Source: Bacillota bacterium
GTDB taxonomy: Bacteria; Bacillota; DTU025
NCBI GenBank assembly: GCA_050951805.1
Contig: JBMNJT010000002.1
Coordinates: 32,001 to 96,000 of the forward strand
DNA length: 64,000 bases
Direction of reading: 5' to 3'
Shown: positions 18,862-29,700 of the stretch, piece after piece
Layout of the letters: each line of letters begins with the position of its first letter
Position numbering within the stretch: position 1 is the stretch's first letter
Program-made: the position numbers and the translations under genes
Notes under the pieces: model-generated
What the model saw: the letters and a program-made list of their open reading frames with translations, nothing else
What the model was told of the DNA's origin: nothing
The model's database searches: none

Positions 18862-19494
18862 ATGGCACAGGATATTTCCATCGCTGCTTTGTTGGCGGAG
18901 GAGGGGTTTAACACTTTAGCTGCCAGTCGATCTGCTCGGGAGACGCTCGTGCGCAACGGCCTCACAAACCACCGGAAGAAGAACATAAGCGTGCAAAAGC
19001 TGTCCCGGGTCCGTGAGGTTCTTGCAAGGGAACTGTATCGTGTGTGCGACGATCCATGGTGCCAGGCGATTGCAGGCATGGAGGCTCGTGGGCGGGAAAT
19101 CGTCACTGTTGCAGAAGACGGGTGCCAAGTGTGCAGGGGCGCAAAATCATGCAGGTCGCTAAAGGCAGCAGCGCTGGTCTTTGAAAAGCGGCAGATCCGC
19201 CGGGTCGTTATCGTGGGCGGCACGAAGGCCGGCCACAACGAGATAGCTGCCCACGCTTGTGGTAGCGGTGTAGAGTTCCGGTTCGTCGACGGAACCAAAC
19301 CCGGCCGGGCCAGCCAGCTTGCCGCAGAATACGCCCGCTGGGCCGATTTGATGATAGTCTGGGCCAACACCCCGATCAAACACACTGTCAGCTACACATA
19401 TAAAGGTGCGTGTCCAAAGTCCACCCGGCTTGTATATGCCACGCGGACCGGGGTGGCAGGAATGCTATATGAAGTCATCAGCCAGATAGCTTGA
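18862..19494 (+). CDS. Hypothetical protein with a Cys-rich middle region and a C-terminal DUF2325-like domain
   Basis: RBS GGAGG. C-terminal RVVIVGG...ADLMIVWANTPIKH resembles DUF2325. Also CDDPWC...CQVC. Confidence 0.65.
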   Translation: MAQDISIAALLAEEGFNTLAASRSARETLVRNGLTNHRKKNISVQKLSRVREVLARELYRVCDDPWCQAIAGMEARGREIVTVAEDGCQVCRGAKSCRSLKAAALVFEKRQIRRVVIVGGTKAGHNEIAAHACGSGVEFRFVDGTKPGRASQLAAEYARWADLMIVWANTPIKHTVSYTYKGACPKSTRLVYATRTGVAGMLYEVISQIA

Positions 19495-19544
19495 AAAACA
19501 GCCCTCTGCGGGGTCGTACTCTCCACAACCTGCGCAGAGGGCTG
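19494..19544 (-). terminator. Intrinsic terminator between convergent genes (U-tract on minus strand, serving rsgA)
   Basis: 12-bp stem CAGCCCTCTGCG/CGCAGAGGGCTG with an adjacent A-run at 19494-19498. Confidence 0.7.
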
Positions 19545-19553
19545 GCGAATGCC

Positions 19554-20459
19554 CTACCGCATCTCTTCCATAAGTCTCACATAATGTTCATATCGTGCCT
19601 GTGAAACTAGGCCTTGTTCTACGGCTTCTCGGAGGCGGCACCCTGGTTCTGTTGTGTGGGTGCAGTCCCAGAACTTGCACGCATCTATGTGCGGCCGGAA
19701 CTCCCTGAAACACCATGCTAGTTCTTGGCGTGGGATACGGTAGAACCCGAATTCCCTCATCCCTGGGGTGTCCGCCACGTATCCGCCGTCTGCCAGCTTG
19801 ATCAGCCGTCCAGAAGTTGTCGTATGTCTGCCTTTTCCGGTGCTTCCGCTTACATCACCTACTGCAAGATCCAGGCCCGGCTCGACGGCGCTGATGAGCG
19901 ACGACTTTCCTACCCCGGACGGCCCGACAAGAGCCGACATCTTGCCGGAAAGAGTCTCGCGCAGCGTGCTGATGCCGACACCCGATACGGTAGATGCTAT
20001 GATGACGTCATACCCGATATCGCTGTAGACCGACATCTTTCCCCCGAGAACCTCTATGGATACCAGGTCCGCCTTATTGATGCATACGACGGATCTGAGG
20101 CCGCAGTATTCCGCTGTCGTTAGATATCTGTTTATGGCGGTCTCTTTCATGGGCGGGTTGGCCGCGGCGAACACTATGACCACCTGATCCAAGTTCGCGG
20201 CGATAACCTGTTCATCTCGGCGCTTGCCTGCCACTTTCCGCGAAAACTGAGTTTTGCGCGGCATCACTTCCTCGATAACGCCCCTGCCGTCCGGCGTGAG
20301 CGTTATCGCGACCCTATCTCCAGGCACGATCCCGCCTGCTTGTGCCAGCGGAGATACCGCCTTGGACCGTGCCGTGCAGAAGACGCTGCCACATGATGTC
20401 TCTACTTCAAAGAAAGAAGATGCTTGAAGAACAACGCCCTGCAATAGATCACTGTTCAA
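19554..20459 (-). CDS. rsgA: Ribosome small subunit-dependent GTPase A
   Basis: PGDRV, IAANLDQ, NKAD, GPSGVGKSS, GKGRHTTT, DTPG, and Zn finger CKFWDCTHTTEPGC. RBS AGGAGG before TTG 20459. Confidence 0.95.
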   Translation of the reverse strand: MNSDLLQGVVLQASSFFEVETSCGSVFCTARSKAVSPLAQAGGIVPGDRVAITLTPDGRGVIEEVMPRKTQFSRKVAGKRRDEQVIAANLDQVVIVFAAANPPMKETAINRYLTTAEYCGLRSVVCINKADLVSIEVLGGKMSVYSDIGYDVIIASTVSGVGISTLRETLSGKMSALVGPSGVGKSSLISAVEPGLDLAVGDVSGSTGKGRHTTTSGRLIKLADGGYVADTPGMREFGFYRIPRQELAWCFREFRPHIDACKFWDCTHTTEPGCRLREAVEQGLVSQARYEHYVRLMEEMR

Positions 20460-20571
20460 TTCGTCCGATGCCTCCTGTGCGTGTGGTGGATCGTCGACGT
20501 GCCCAACGTCCCGTTGTCGCCATGGAGGAAACGGACGCAATCCGGCTTGTTCCGCAGCAGCCTGAAGCGGC

Positions 20572-20606
20572 AGAACAACAAAGCGCGCCCGCTTCCGCAG
20601 GCGCGC
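20572..20606 (-). terminator. Attenuator-like intrinsic terminator in the rsgA leader
   Basis: Minus strand reads GCGCGCCTGC-GGAA-GCGGGCGCGC followed by TTTGTTGTTCT, ~110 nt before the rsgA start. Confidence 0.65.
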
Positions 20607-20756
20607 ATATCACGCTCGTGTAGAATCGATCATCAGGACAGGGCAAAGCCTCTACGCATGGACCGCAGATGGCATACAGCCTGCATGTGAACGAATGCTT
20701 TGCGGGCCAAGCCGAGCTTGAGCAGACAAGCGCTTGCCCATGCCGTCCAACGGCAA

Positions 20757-20846
20757 CTACCTGTTCAGATCGGCCTGTGCGACAACCGGCGAACGGTGGG
20801 TTGGACAATATTCGTGCGAAGAACGCTCAATCATCATGTAGGACAT
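20757..20846 (-). CDS. Candidate 29-aa leader peptide MSYMMIERSSHEYCPTHRSPVVAQADLNR
   Basis: RBS GAGGTGG then ATG, ~60 nt downstream of a sigma-A-like promoter and upstream of the terminator and rsgA. Confidence 0.45.
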   Translation of the reverse strand: MSYMMIERSSHEYCPTHRSPVVAQADLNR

Positions 20847-20906
20847 AAAAACCACCTCTTCCGCCGGGCCGGATCTACCGAACCGTACCGCTCATATCTG
20901 CACCAT

Positions 20907-20935
20907 ATGCTATCATTTGGCCGTTTCGATGTCAA
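20907..20935 (-). promoter_or_regulatory. Sigma-A-type promoter for the rsgA leader
   Basis: TTGACA-17 bp-TAGCAT with extended -10 TG. Confidence 0.65.
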
Positions 20936-21228
20936 ACACTGCACAGGTTGGGTTGTGCCGGAGAATTTGGGGCGTGCGAGGGACGACGGCTCGTGGGGTT
21001 AGACTCCGTTTTCCCAGCCTATCTCCGACAGGAAGCACCGGCCCTTGCTGCCATTCATCCCAAGCACGCAAACGGCTCGACAGTGCCTGCACATGATAGC
21101 AGGGCTTCTGGTGCTCAGCCTTGGGCAGCAATCGGCGTGCGCCTGGATGCGGGGTGGATGGAGGTGAATGGCATGTGCATGTCAAAATAGCATCAGCAAG
21201 CAACGCGTGTTAGCGAGGAGGAGACTTG

Positions 21229-22341
21229 ATGCCACCGAAGGTGTACTTCGTCAGTGCAAAGGATGACCACGGCGTGAGTTTGCCCGACAAGATGTCGCGG
21301 CTGCTCGACGCCGCCGATATAGGCAAAGGTATATCCAAGGGCGACCTTGTTGCAATTAAGCTGCATGTAGGGGAGCCCGGAAACCTATCATTCGTGCCGC
21401 CGCAGCTAGTGCGGAGGGTAGTCGATAAAGTGAGAGCAGTGGGAGGCAACCCGTTTCTAACAGATGCCAATACTCTCTACGTAGGTCAACGCTCGAACGG
21501 AGTGAACCATGCCATGGCCGCAATATCCAACGGCTTTGGCGTGGAGGTTACGGGCGCACCGTTCATCGTGGCCGATGGCCTCACTGGGCAAGACTATGTT
21601 GGCGTTTCCATGCCGGGCCCCTTCATACGTGAGGCAAAGATCGCGTCCGCAATAGCCCGCGCAGATGCCGTAATATCCGTTGCCCATTTCAAAGGGCACC
21701 AGCTGTCAGGGTTTGGCGGAACACTGAAGAATCTTGGCATGGGGAGCGCCAGCAGGGCGGGCAAACAGGTTCAACATTCCGACTTGAAGCCCAGGACGAA
21801 TCAGGAAAGGTGCGTCGGGTGCGGACGATGTGTGCGATATTGTCCTGCCGAGGCAATAGCACTCGTTGACAGGCGTGCTGAGGCAGACTGGGGAAAGTGC
21901 ATCGGCTGCGGAGAGTGCGTGGTTGTGTGCAGACACAAGGCTATGCAGATAAACTGGGATGAAGGGGCGCCCGGAAGCATGCAGCGCAGGATGGCCGAAT
22001 ACGCCGCGGCCGCGCTCGCCGGCAAGGAAGGGAAGACGGGTTTTGTGAACGTCGCAATCAGGATCAGTCCTAACTGTGACTGCAACCCGGTCAATGACAT
22101 TCCAGTAGTCTCGGACATAGGATTGCTCGCATCCCATGACCCTGTTGCACTCGATCAAGCCAGTTCGGATATGGTGGTTCGGGCAGCCGGAGCCCCGGGC
22201 GGGGCATGCTGTGACGTGGGCGAACATGAAGACAAGTTCAAATCCGTCTTTCCCAATACCGACTGGAACACCCAGCTGGAGCACGCTGAGGCTATAGGCC
22301 TTGGAAGCAGAGAATACGAACTTGTTGAACTAATGCGTTAG
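21229..22341 (+). CDS. DUF362-domain Fe-S protein with a 2x[4Fe-4S] ferredoxin domain
   Basis: VAIKLHVGEPGN, HFKGH..GFGGTLKNLGMG, CVGCGRCVRYCP, CIGCGECVVVC, CDC, DPVALDQAS. Confidence 0.9.
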   Translation: MPPKVYFVSAKDDHGVSLPDKMSRLLDAADIGKGISKGDLVAIKLHVGEPGNLSFVPPQLVRRVVDKVRAVGGNPFLTDANTLYVGQRSNGVNHAMAAISNGFGVEVTGAPFIVADGLTGQDYVGVSMPGPFIREAKIASAIARADAVISVAHFKGHQLSGFGGTLKNLGMGSASRAGKQVQHSDLKPRTNQERCVGCGRCVRYCPAEAIALVDRRAEADWGKCIGCGECVVVCRHKAMQINWDEGAPGSMQRRMAEYAAAALAGKEGKTGFVNVAIRISPNCDCNPVNDIPVVSDIGLLASHDPVALDQASSDMVVRAAGAPGGACCDVGEHEDKFKSVFPNTDWNTQLEHAEAIGLGSREYELVELMR

Positions 22342-22581
22342 CAAGGGTCCTGCCGAGGCAGACATGCGGCTGGTGATGGCGCCCGGCCAACGGGCATTGA
22401 GGCTCGCAGCTATTGCAGTGGCCTACGTGGCATTCGTCTTCACGCCAGAAAAGCTTTGATATATGAATAACGAAGGGAGATCTGTGGGAGGCGGGCCTGA
22501 GAGCGTGTGCATCCCGGCTGAAGCCTTCAGGCCATCAAAACACCTCCCACAAAACCCTCGGTTCTCGTATGTGTATGGGAT

Positions 22582-23397
22582 CTACAGACTGGAGTGTGTG
22601 AAAACGAACTCTGCCACCTGGGGCGCTTTATCGGACATCCTCCATTCTCCGCGGAGACCGTTGGCCTTCGCCGCTATTTCGAAATGGAGCATTGCGATCC
22701 CGCAGTCCAGCTTGACCGGGGCGATAGGAAACGGATCAAGTCCGGACGTGGATATCGTCACCCGCTCTTCGCCTACATTGAACTGCCATGGTTGCCTGTT
22801 CAGCGCTGACGGCGCAAGCCTGGCCGCCTCAAGAGCTTCACCGCAGCCGGGTGGCCAGTCTTTCTGAGGCAGTCCGCTGACAATCGATGACAGGGGCTTT
22901 CTCTTATGCGCAGAAGCCGCGGTCCTTATTGCCTTCGCGCCGAAAGTCTCGCTAGACGCGGGAAAGCCCAGTGGCGTCACGGCCATGACTTTTTCTGATG
23001 CTGCAAGGGTTACCCTGCGTTCTGCTTCGTTGCGCCTGAAACTCCCGCTGACCCAGCAGGTAGCAAGGCCCAGTGAAGTAGCCTCAAGGACGATTCCTTC
23101 ACCCAAGTAGCCCGTGGCCACTTGATAATGGGGATGGGAGGTGTCTGCGATGAACGCCAGCGCGACGGGGGGAGCTGTGATTTTGCCCACAGGGCCGACA
23201 AGGCCTGTGAAAACTTCAGATGCGCTGTCTGCGACGATAACAGCGCGGGCCCCTTCACATAGCGGTGCGAAACCGGAAAGAAGGGGCGCAAGCGCGTCAA
23301 GCAGGCCGTCGGGAACGGGCCTGCCGTCGTAGTTCCTAGTCGAATGGCGATCGAATATCGCGTCATACCATGTCAATGCCAGAGTTTCAGAAACCAT
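22582..23397 (-). CDS. Nitroreductase family protein (two-domain, TM1586-like)
   Basis: RHSTRNY, LGLATCWV, ARLAPSALNRQPW, DCGIAMLHF. RBS AGGAGG. Confidence 0.88.
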   Translation of the reverse strand: MVSETLALTWYDAIFDRHSTRNYDGRPVPDGLLDALAPLLSGFAPLCEGARAVIVADSASEVFTGLVGPVGKITAPPVALAFIADTSHPHYQVATGYLGEGIVLEATSLGLATCWVSGSFRRNEAERRVTLAASEKVMAVTPLGFPASSETFGAKAIRTAASAHKRKPLSSIVSGLPQKDWPPGCGEALEAARLAPSALNRQPWQFNVGEERVTISTSGLDPFPIAPVKLDCGIAMLHFEIAAKANGLRGEWRMSDKAPQVAEFVFTHSSL

Positions 23398-23609
23398 TCC
23401 CTTCCTCCTTTGCTTTCCACACTAACGTTCGTCTGCGTCCTTGTTCAACTTGAGGCTAAGCGATTCCTGCAACCGACTGTGTAAGAATATGTGCTGGACG
23501 TGCGCGGCAGAAGCTGTATGCACTACCGAGGCCATACAGCCGTTTGAAGGGAAACGCGCTTTGATGGCTAAGCAAGAAAGGTATAGTCTTATGACAGGGG
23601 GGAGCAAGG

Positions 23610-24116
23610 ATGGGCGTATTTGGATGGCATGATAAGCGTTCGTCTGCGGAAAAAGAGGCGTTGCAGCATGCCTGCACTTATCTGTACGGGGCAAGCCAGT
23701 TGATTTCTTACGGAATTGCGCTGGACGACAACATTGAGGTAGTCGCCGAACAATTCCCGCACTTTGGCCGCGATAACTTGGAGAAGGTGCGTGAGTCTCT
23801 GTTGAAACATGCTGAAGCCAGTCTGAGATCGGCTCGACTGTACCTCGAATGCCATCCGGATCTTGCGGATTTCGAGCCTAATTGGACTCCGGAAGATACC
23901 GGACTTATAGTGGAGTTCCTCCAATGCGAGTACGGGGACGAGCAACCTGAACTATCCGATGCAATGCGCGGCGATCTGCTGGCTCCAGTCTATGTTTTTC
24001 TTGAACGGTGCGTAAACGAGCGCCGAAAGAGCAGCAGTGCTCCTGCAGCCGACATCGAGGGTGCCGACCGGACCTGCGATGGAGAAGCAAAAGAGCAGCC
24101 GTCCTGCCGAGACTGA
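23610..24116 (+). CDS. Hypothetical protein
   Basis: 168-aa ORF with RBS GGGGGAG. No recognised motif. Confidence 0.7.
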   Translation: MGVFGWHDKRSSAEKEALQHACTYLYGASQLISYGIALDDNIEVVAEQFPHFGRDNLEKVRESLLKHAEASLRSARLYLECHPDLADFEPNWTPEDTGLIVEFLQCEYGDEQPELSDAMRGDLLAPVYVFLERCVNERRKSSSAPAADIEGADRTCDGEAKEQPSCRD

Positions 24117-24158
24117 CGGCTGCTGTCAATCATAGCCCAGACCGAAGATGAGCCGCGT

Positions 24159-25070
24159 CTATTGAGCCGCGTATGATTCGAGAATAATTGTGAGTGTAGC
24201 TGTTTCAGAGTTTTCGTCACCAGGGTAGGGGCTGTTAACGATCTCTGCTTTTACGAGTCCGATATATGGCGCAAGCCAAAAAGTGATTCGTTCAACGTCG
24301 TCCTCGTCTGAACCCGCGAGAGCGCAACGTAAGGCTTTGAATCTGCCGGTTGGTGTTGCTATCGATTCTTCTCCTTCGACTGTAAAAAGTTCGCCCATTA
24401 TGGTGTCGCCCGCCTCAAGCGGCGCCTCAAACAGAAAGGCTTCAATCGATTCTTGGCCCTCTACTTGGATGACAAGGTAGTAGCCATCTTCTTTTCGGGC
24501 TATCGCCAGCATTACTTCTTCCTCTGGCGGTTCGGGCTGCCCGGTCAAAACATGGTAGGCAGGAGCGACTTCGCTGCCCTCGAGGGATATGTAGAAGTAA
24601 GTTCCATCCTCGCACTCTTCAACGCTGTCGACTGCTACGCTTACATAGAGCTCGTTTAGCTCATCTTCTGGCGGTGGCTCTATGGTTACGTTGTAGTTCC
24701 ATTCGCTGAACTCGAAAAGGCCAAGGTAATCGAGTTTGCTTCCCACAAAGTCCACATTCGATGCCTCTTTGGAAACGGTCTTTGAACCTGGCGTGAACTT
24801 CCAGCCTTCCTTTGTGGGGGTGACGGTGACTTTGCCCTTCAGACCGTCTTTGGCCCATTTCCCATCATCCGAGGTGGTTGCGGTTCCGAACCTACCGCTG
24901 AAGGCAATTGCAACGCCGCCGATCCCGTTGCCGTCGGGATCAGTGATCTTGCCTGACACTGAATAGGGTTGCGAAATGGCCCCTCCAAGGCACCCTGACG
25001 TTGTAGTGAACAGCAACACAACCACAGCTATGCAGGCTGCCAGCCGAAGCCCATTGATTACCCGCTTCAT
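24159..25070 (-). CDS. Lipoprotein with a carboxypeptidase-regulatory-like (beta-sandwich) domain
   Basis: Signal peptide with lipobox TSGC. YSVSGKITDPDGNGIGGV...TVTPTKEGWKF. C-terminal TPTGRFK...WLAPYIGLVK. Confidence 0.75.
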   Translation of the reverse strand: MKRVINGLRLAACIAVVVLLFTTTSGCLGGAISQPYSVSGKITDPDGNGIGGVAIAFSGRFGTATTSDDGKWAKDGLKGKVTVTPTKEGWKFTPGSKTVSKEASNVDFVGSKLDYLGLFEFSEWNYNVTIEPPPEDELNELYVSVAVDSVEECEDGTYFYISLEGSEVAPAYHVLTGQPEPPEEEVMLAIARKEDGYYLVIQVEGQESIEAFLFEAPLEAGDTIMGELFTVEGEESIATPTGRFKALRCALAGSDEDDVERITFWLAPYIGLVKAEIVNSPYPGDENSETATLTIILESYAAQ

Positions 25071-25447
25071 CAATACTACGCCTCCCAATGTTGTGGTTTG
25101 ACCACAGGAAGCACTGAGTCCCATGGCCACAACCGCTTATTTCGGAACGATATCCGAATATATCCTAATTATCCACTCCAAAACATATAACATCAAAAAT
25201 CACTTTGACTAGGGCTTGTCTTCCAAGCGCGTTGCCTCGCCGCGCCGGAACCGCAATGGATGCTCGCCGTCTGATGCAGGCACATTGTGGTCGAGGAAAG
25301 TTGTAGCCGGGGAAGGAGTCTTGGGTTTGGCGGATAACCTTGTAATTGTGTCTGACAAGGGAATTGGGCCCTCGCATGTAGGGTATAAGGAATATCGAGG
25401 TTTCCGCTGGACGGCGTCGGGCTGTCGGGTTGTGGGGGGGATGTTTT

Positions 25448-26776
25448 TTGAAGTTCATTCATACATCTGATTGGCATTTGGGGCGGATCTTCTATGGAGT
25501 TCGCCTCACTGACGATCAGGCTTATGTCCTCGATCAATTCGTGGACTTGGTTCGGGATGAGTCGCCGGACGCGGTGGTGATTGCAGGCGACATATACGAC
25601 AGGACTGCGCCTCCGGTGGAGGCAGTGCAACTTCTCGACGAGACATTGTCCCGGATAGTGCTGGGACTTGGGGTGCCTGTCATCCTCATTGCCGGAAATC
25701 ACGATTCGCCCGAACGCCTCAGCTTCGGTTCTTCGCTCATGCAGACGCAAGGACTACACATTATCGGGCTGCCTGACATGTGCGCCCCCATCGAGATCAG
25801 CGACGAGCATGGGCCGGTATGGTTCGTGCCTATTCCCTATGCCGAGCCTGCTGTTGTGCGCGACAGGCTTTGCGCTCCGGATGCGCATGATCATGATACT
25901 GCAATGAAGGCGCAGTTCGAGGCGGCAGCTGCTGAGGCGATCAATTTTGCAACAGCTCAGTATGGTGTTGTGGGAACAGGGGAGCTCGGAGAAGGGCCTG
26001 GGAAGCAGAAGATTGCATGGGGAGGAATGCCGGACGCTGGCTCTCCAGCGATGCGGTCACTTTTTGAGCATTCCGCTGCCGCGGATTTTAGCCCAAACAT
26101 TGTCCCATGGAATGTTCGCGCCGTTGCCGTTGCCCACGCATTTGTTAGCGGCGGGACAGTGTCAGAGTCGGAACGGCCACTTTCCGTTGGAGGCGCGGGC
26201 ATGATCGACATATCTCATTTTCTTCCCTTTACATACACAGCCCTTGGCCACTTGCATCGTCCCCAAACCATGTCTGAAACGGCAGTCAGGTACTCCGGCT
26301 CTTTGCTCAAATACTCATTTGACGAGGCAGACCACTCAAAATCTGTCACAGTTGTGGAGATAGACGGCGATGGGACGCCGTCAGTGAGAGTGGTGTCGCT
26401 GACGCCAAAACGCGATGTGCGCAAGATCAAAGGACGGTTTGAAGAAGTCATGCGCGGGCCGGGGCCCGGCGAATCGCGACATGATTACATATCAGTCTGC
26501 CTTACCGACCGGGAGGCGATATGGGATGCCATGAACCGGCTGCGGGCTGTCTACCCCAATGTCATGCAGATCGTGCCGAGCGAGGATGCTATGGCAGATG
26601 CGGCCGAATCCGGCCTCGTTGCTGCAAGGGTGGATCACAGGAAAGTCACCGACCTGGAGCTCTTCTGCGATTTCTATTCGCAGGTTACCGGGGAGGCGAT
26701 GTCGGATGACGAGAAGGCGGCCTTCGTGGCTATTCTCGAGAAAGCTCAGGCAGAGAAGGAGGTGGCTGCGTTATGA
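25448..26776 (+). CDS. sbcD: Exonuclease SbcCD subunit D
   Basis: HTSDWHLG, AGDIYD, AGNHD, AHAF, LGHLH and YSGS metallophosphoesterase motifs. Overlaps sbcC. Confidence 0.93.
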   Translation: MKFIHTSDWHLGRIFYGVRLTDDQAYVLDQFVDLVRDESPDAVVIAGDIYDRTAPPVEAVQLLDETLSRIVLGLGVPVILIAGNHDSPERLSFGSSLMQTQGLHIIGLPDMCAPIEISDEHGPVWFVPIPYAEPAVVRDRLCAPDAHDHDTAMKAQFEAAAAEAINFATAQYGVVGTGELGEGPGKQKIAWGGMPDAGSPAMRSLFEHSAAADFSPNIVPWNVRAVAVAHAFVSGGTVSESERPLSVGGAGMIDISHFLPFTYTALGHLHRPQTMSETAVRYSGSLLKYSFDEADHSKSVTVVEIDGDGTPSVRVVSLTPKRDVRKIKGRFEEVMRGPGPGESRHDYISVCLTDREAIWDAMNRLRAVYPNVMQIVPSEDAMADAAESGLVAARVDHRKVTDLELFCDFYSQVTGEAMSDDEKAAFVAILEKAQAEKEVAAL

Positions 26777-29700
26777 GACCCATTCGTCTGTCGATGCAAG
26801 CATTCGGGCCTTATGCGGGCGAAGAGGTCGTGGACTTTCGCGAGCTTGAGGGCAGGAGCTTTTTCCTGATTCACGGTCCGACTGGGTCCGGAAAGACCGC
26901 CATCTTGGACGCTATCTGTTTTGCTCTTTACGGCAAGACGAGCGGAGCCGAGCGCGACGGCAGCGATATGAGATCCCATTATGCCGATGATTCGACGCCG
27001 ACTGTGGTCATCTTCGATTTCGCCGTGGGCCAGAAAAAATACCGGGTGCAGAGGAGCCCCTCATACGAGGTGGCCGGGAGGAAAACCCCGATAGGGCCCG
27101 ATGCCACCCTTTGGGACAGGACAGGTATCGACAGTGAAGACGAGGTTAGTGATGAGGGACGGGTATTGGCCACAGGAGTAAAGTCAGTCACCTTCGAGGT
27201 CGAGGAGATCCTGGGCTTTAAGGCCGACCAATTTCGTCAGGTAGTCCTCTTGCCACAGGGCCAATTCAGGCAGGCGCTCACTGCTGATTCGGCTGAACGC
27301 AGGGGAATCATGGAGATACTTTTTGGGACCGAGCCTTACAGACAGATTGAGGCAGCACTGAAGGATGAAGCTAGGTCTCTTCAGGACAAGCTTGAACAGG
27401 CGAAGGATCGGCGCGATACTCTTCTGAAGCAGACGGACGCAGAGTCCGTGGACGAGCTGAAGGCGGCTTGCGAAGAGATGTGCGAGAAGTGCGCAATGGC
27501 CAAGCGGACTGAAGAGGAGATGAAGGAGAAGGCGGGCAAGGCCGCAGGGGCTCTCGAAAAGGGGCGGGCAGATGCAGGAAAGATCGAGGAGGCCTCTGCT
27601 GCAGCTGCGGCTGTCGCCGAGTTGAAGAAGAGGGAAGCGGAGATCGCCGCTATGCGGGACGAACGTGATGCGGCCAGGCGCGCGCTGGCATGCGCCAGCG
27701 CTGAAGGTCTGTACGCGGCAGCCGAAGAGACGGTGGAGGCTGGCATCAAAGCGGCCGAGGATGCCAACAGGAAGTTGGCCGAAGCAAAAGAGCTTGCCGA
27801 AAAAGCCCGAGAGAAGCTTGAAGAAGAGAAGTCGCCTAAAAGGGCTGAGGAACGCGAGAATGCTGAGAAGGTCGTCATGCGCCTCGAATCGCTGGGAGAC
27901 AAGGTAGCCGCGATCGACGAGGCGAGGAGTGCAGCAGCAGAGGCGTCGCTGGCGGCGAAAAGCGCAGCTGGGTTGGCGGAAGAGGCAGGTAGAAACAAAG
28001 GCAAGCTTAACAGCAAGCTCAAGGAGGCCAAGAGCCAGCTGAAGCGCGTGCAGAAGGAGGCACCTGAGGCTTTACGCTGGGAGACTGTTGCAAGGGAGAC
28101 GAGGCAGACCCTCGACAGGTTGCAGAGGAGGAGAGAGCTCGAGGCTGATCTCGAGAAAGCGAATGAGGAGGCGCTTGAGGCAGCTGACGCGGCAGAGAAT
28201 GCTGAAAAGGCGTTGGCAACAGAGAAGAAGGACCTCGAGAGGCTGCAGGATTCCTGGATGGCGGGCCAGGCAGCTGCGCTGGCCATGTCTTTGAAACCGG
28301 GGATGCCTTGCCCTGTGTGCGGATCCCTCGAACATCCGAAGCCGGCTTGTGTTGAGATGGAAGGCCCAGACGGCGTAGGAAGTGCACAAGATGCAGAGGT
28401 TGCAGTTTTGTCTCAGGACGCGATTGAGGCGGCCAGGGAGCGAGTTAGGTTAGCAGAGGAAGACTACCGTCGCCTCCAGAGGATCGCTGCAGATGCAGCC
28501 CAGGTCGTAGCGGAAGTGAAGGGCCGCCTCGGGGCTTGGGAAGTCGGCATTGAGCCGAAGGAGGGCGAGAGCCTCTCTCAGCAGGTGCAAAGGATCGGGG
28601 CTGAGTTGGCCGAGGCAGAGAAACGTGCCGAAGAGGCTGTAGCCGCTGCAAAAAGGGCGGATTCGCTGGAGCAGCAGATCAACGATATGGAGGAGCAGCT
28701 TGTCCGCGCCGAAGAGGAGCTCGCTCAGGCTGAGAAGGCTCGATCGGAAGCGGAAGCGAGGTTGGCTGCCGCAAAGGCAAGGGTGGAGGAGAGGGAAGCC
28801 GATGTTCCTGTAGAACTGCGCGCCCCTGACGCGTTGGAACGGGCATTGGCTGAGGCCGAAACCGCTCGCAATCGCTTGCTCAAGGCGCTGGAAGAAGCCG
28901 AGAAGGCCTCGCAGGCGGCAGAGCAGGCATTGGCTGCTGCGAAGTCCGAGAAGGGCGCGGCCGACAGGGCCGTTGAAAAGGCGGTGACGGTAAAGAAGAG
29001 GCGTATGGGGGAGTTCGCGGCTAGGGTAGCCGAGGCCGGATTTGCGGATATTTCGGCCTATAGAGCTTCCAAAAGGTCGGAGCAACAGCTTGATGCTTTG
29101 GAGAAGGCTATCGACGGTTTCGATCAGCAGATGCATGCAGCAACGGTGCGCCTAGCCAGAGCAGAAGAAGCTGCAGCCGGAATAGAGAGTCCCGATCTTG
29201 AGACCCTGGAGGCAGAGGCGAAGCGCCTCGCGCAGGCATCCGATGATGCCGTGGCTGCCCGTGCCCAACTGGAGAGCGAAGCCGATGCCATGCAGAAGCT
29301 GGTTAAGGCTTTAGAGGCTCTGTCACAGGAGATGGCGGGCTTGGAAGAGGAATATGGGGTTGTTGTCCGCATAGCTTACGTAGCTGGCGGCAAGAAACCG
29401 AACAAGCTGGGGATGAACTTCGAGACTTTTATCCTCGCCTCCATGCTTGATAAGGTTGCAGATGCAGCTACCCGAAGACTTCAGGTCATGAGTAAGGGCA
29501 GATACAGTCTAAGGCGGACACTTGATCGAAAGACGGCTCGAAGCGCCGGAGGGCTTGAGCTGGAAGTGTTCGACATGTACACAGGACGGGAGCGTAGTGT
29601 GACGACGTTGTCTGGAGGCGAGGGGTTCATGGCTTCGCTCTCCCTAGCGTTGGGACTGGCCGATGTAGTCCAGGCCTATGCTGGAGGGATTCACCTGGAC

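Noticed and set aside
22484-22550. GTGGGAGG...CCTCCCAC long hairpin as an ncRNA
   Set aside because: It lies between convergent genes and is adequately explained as a terminator-like stem. No second copy or known motif was seen.
27381-29136. Long antisense ORFs and Ala/Glu-rich repetitiveness within sbcC
   Set aside because: Shadow ORFs and coiled-coil codon bias of a GC-rich gene. No independent RBS or domain.
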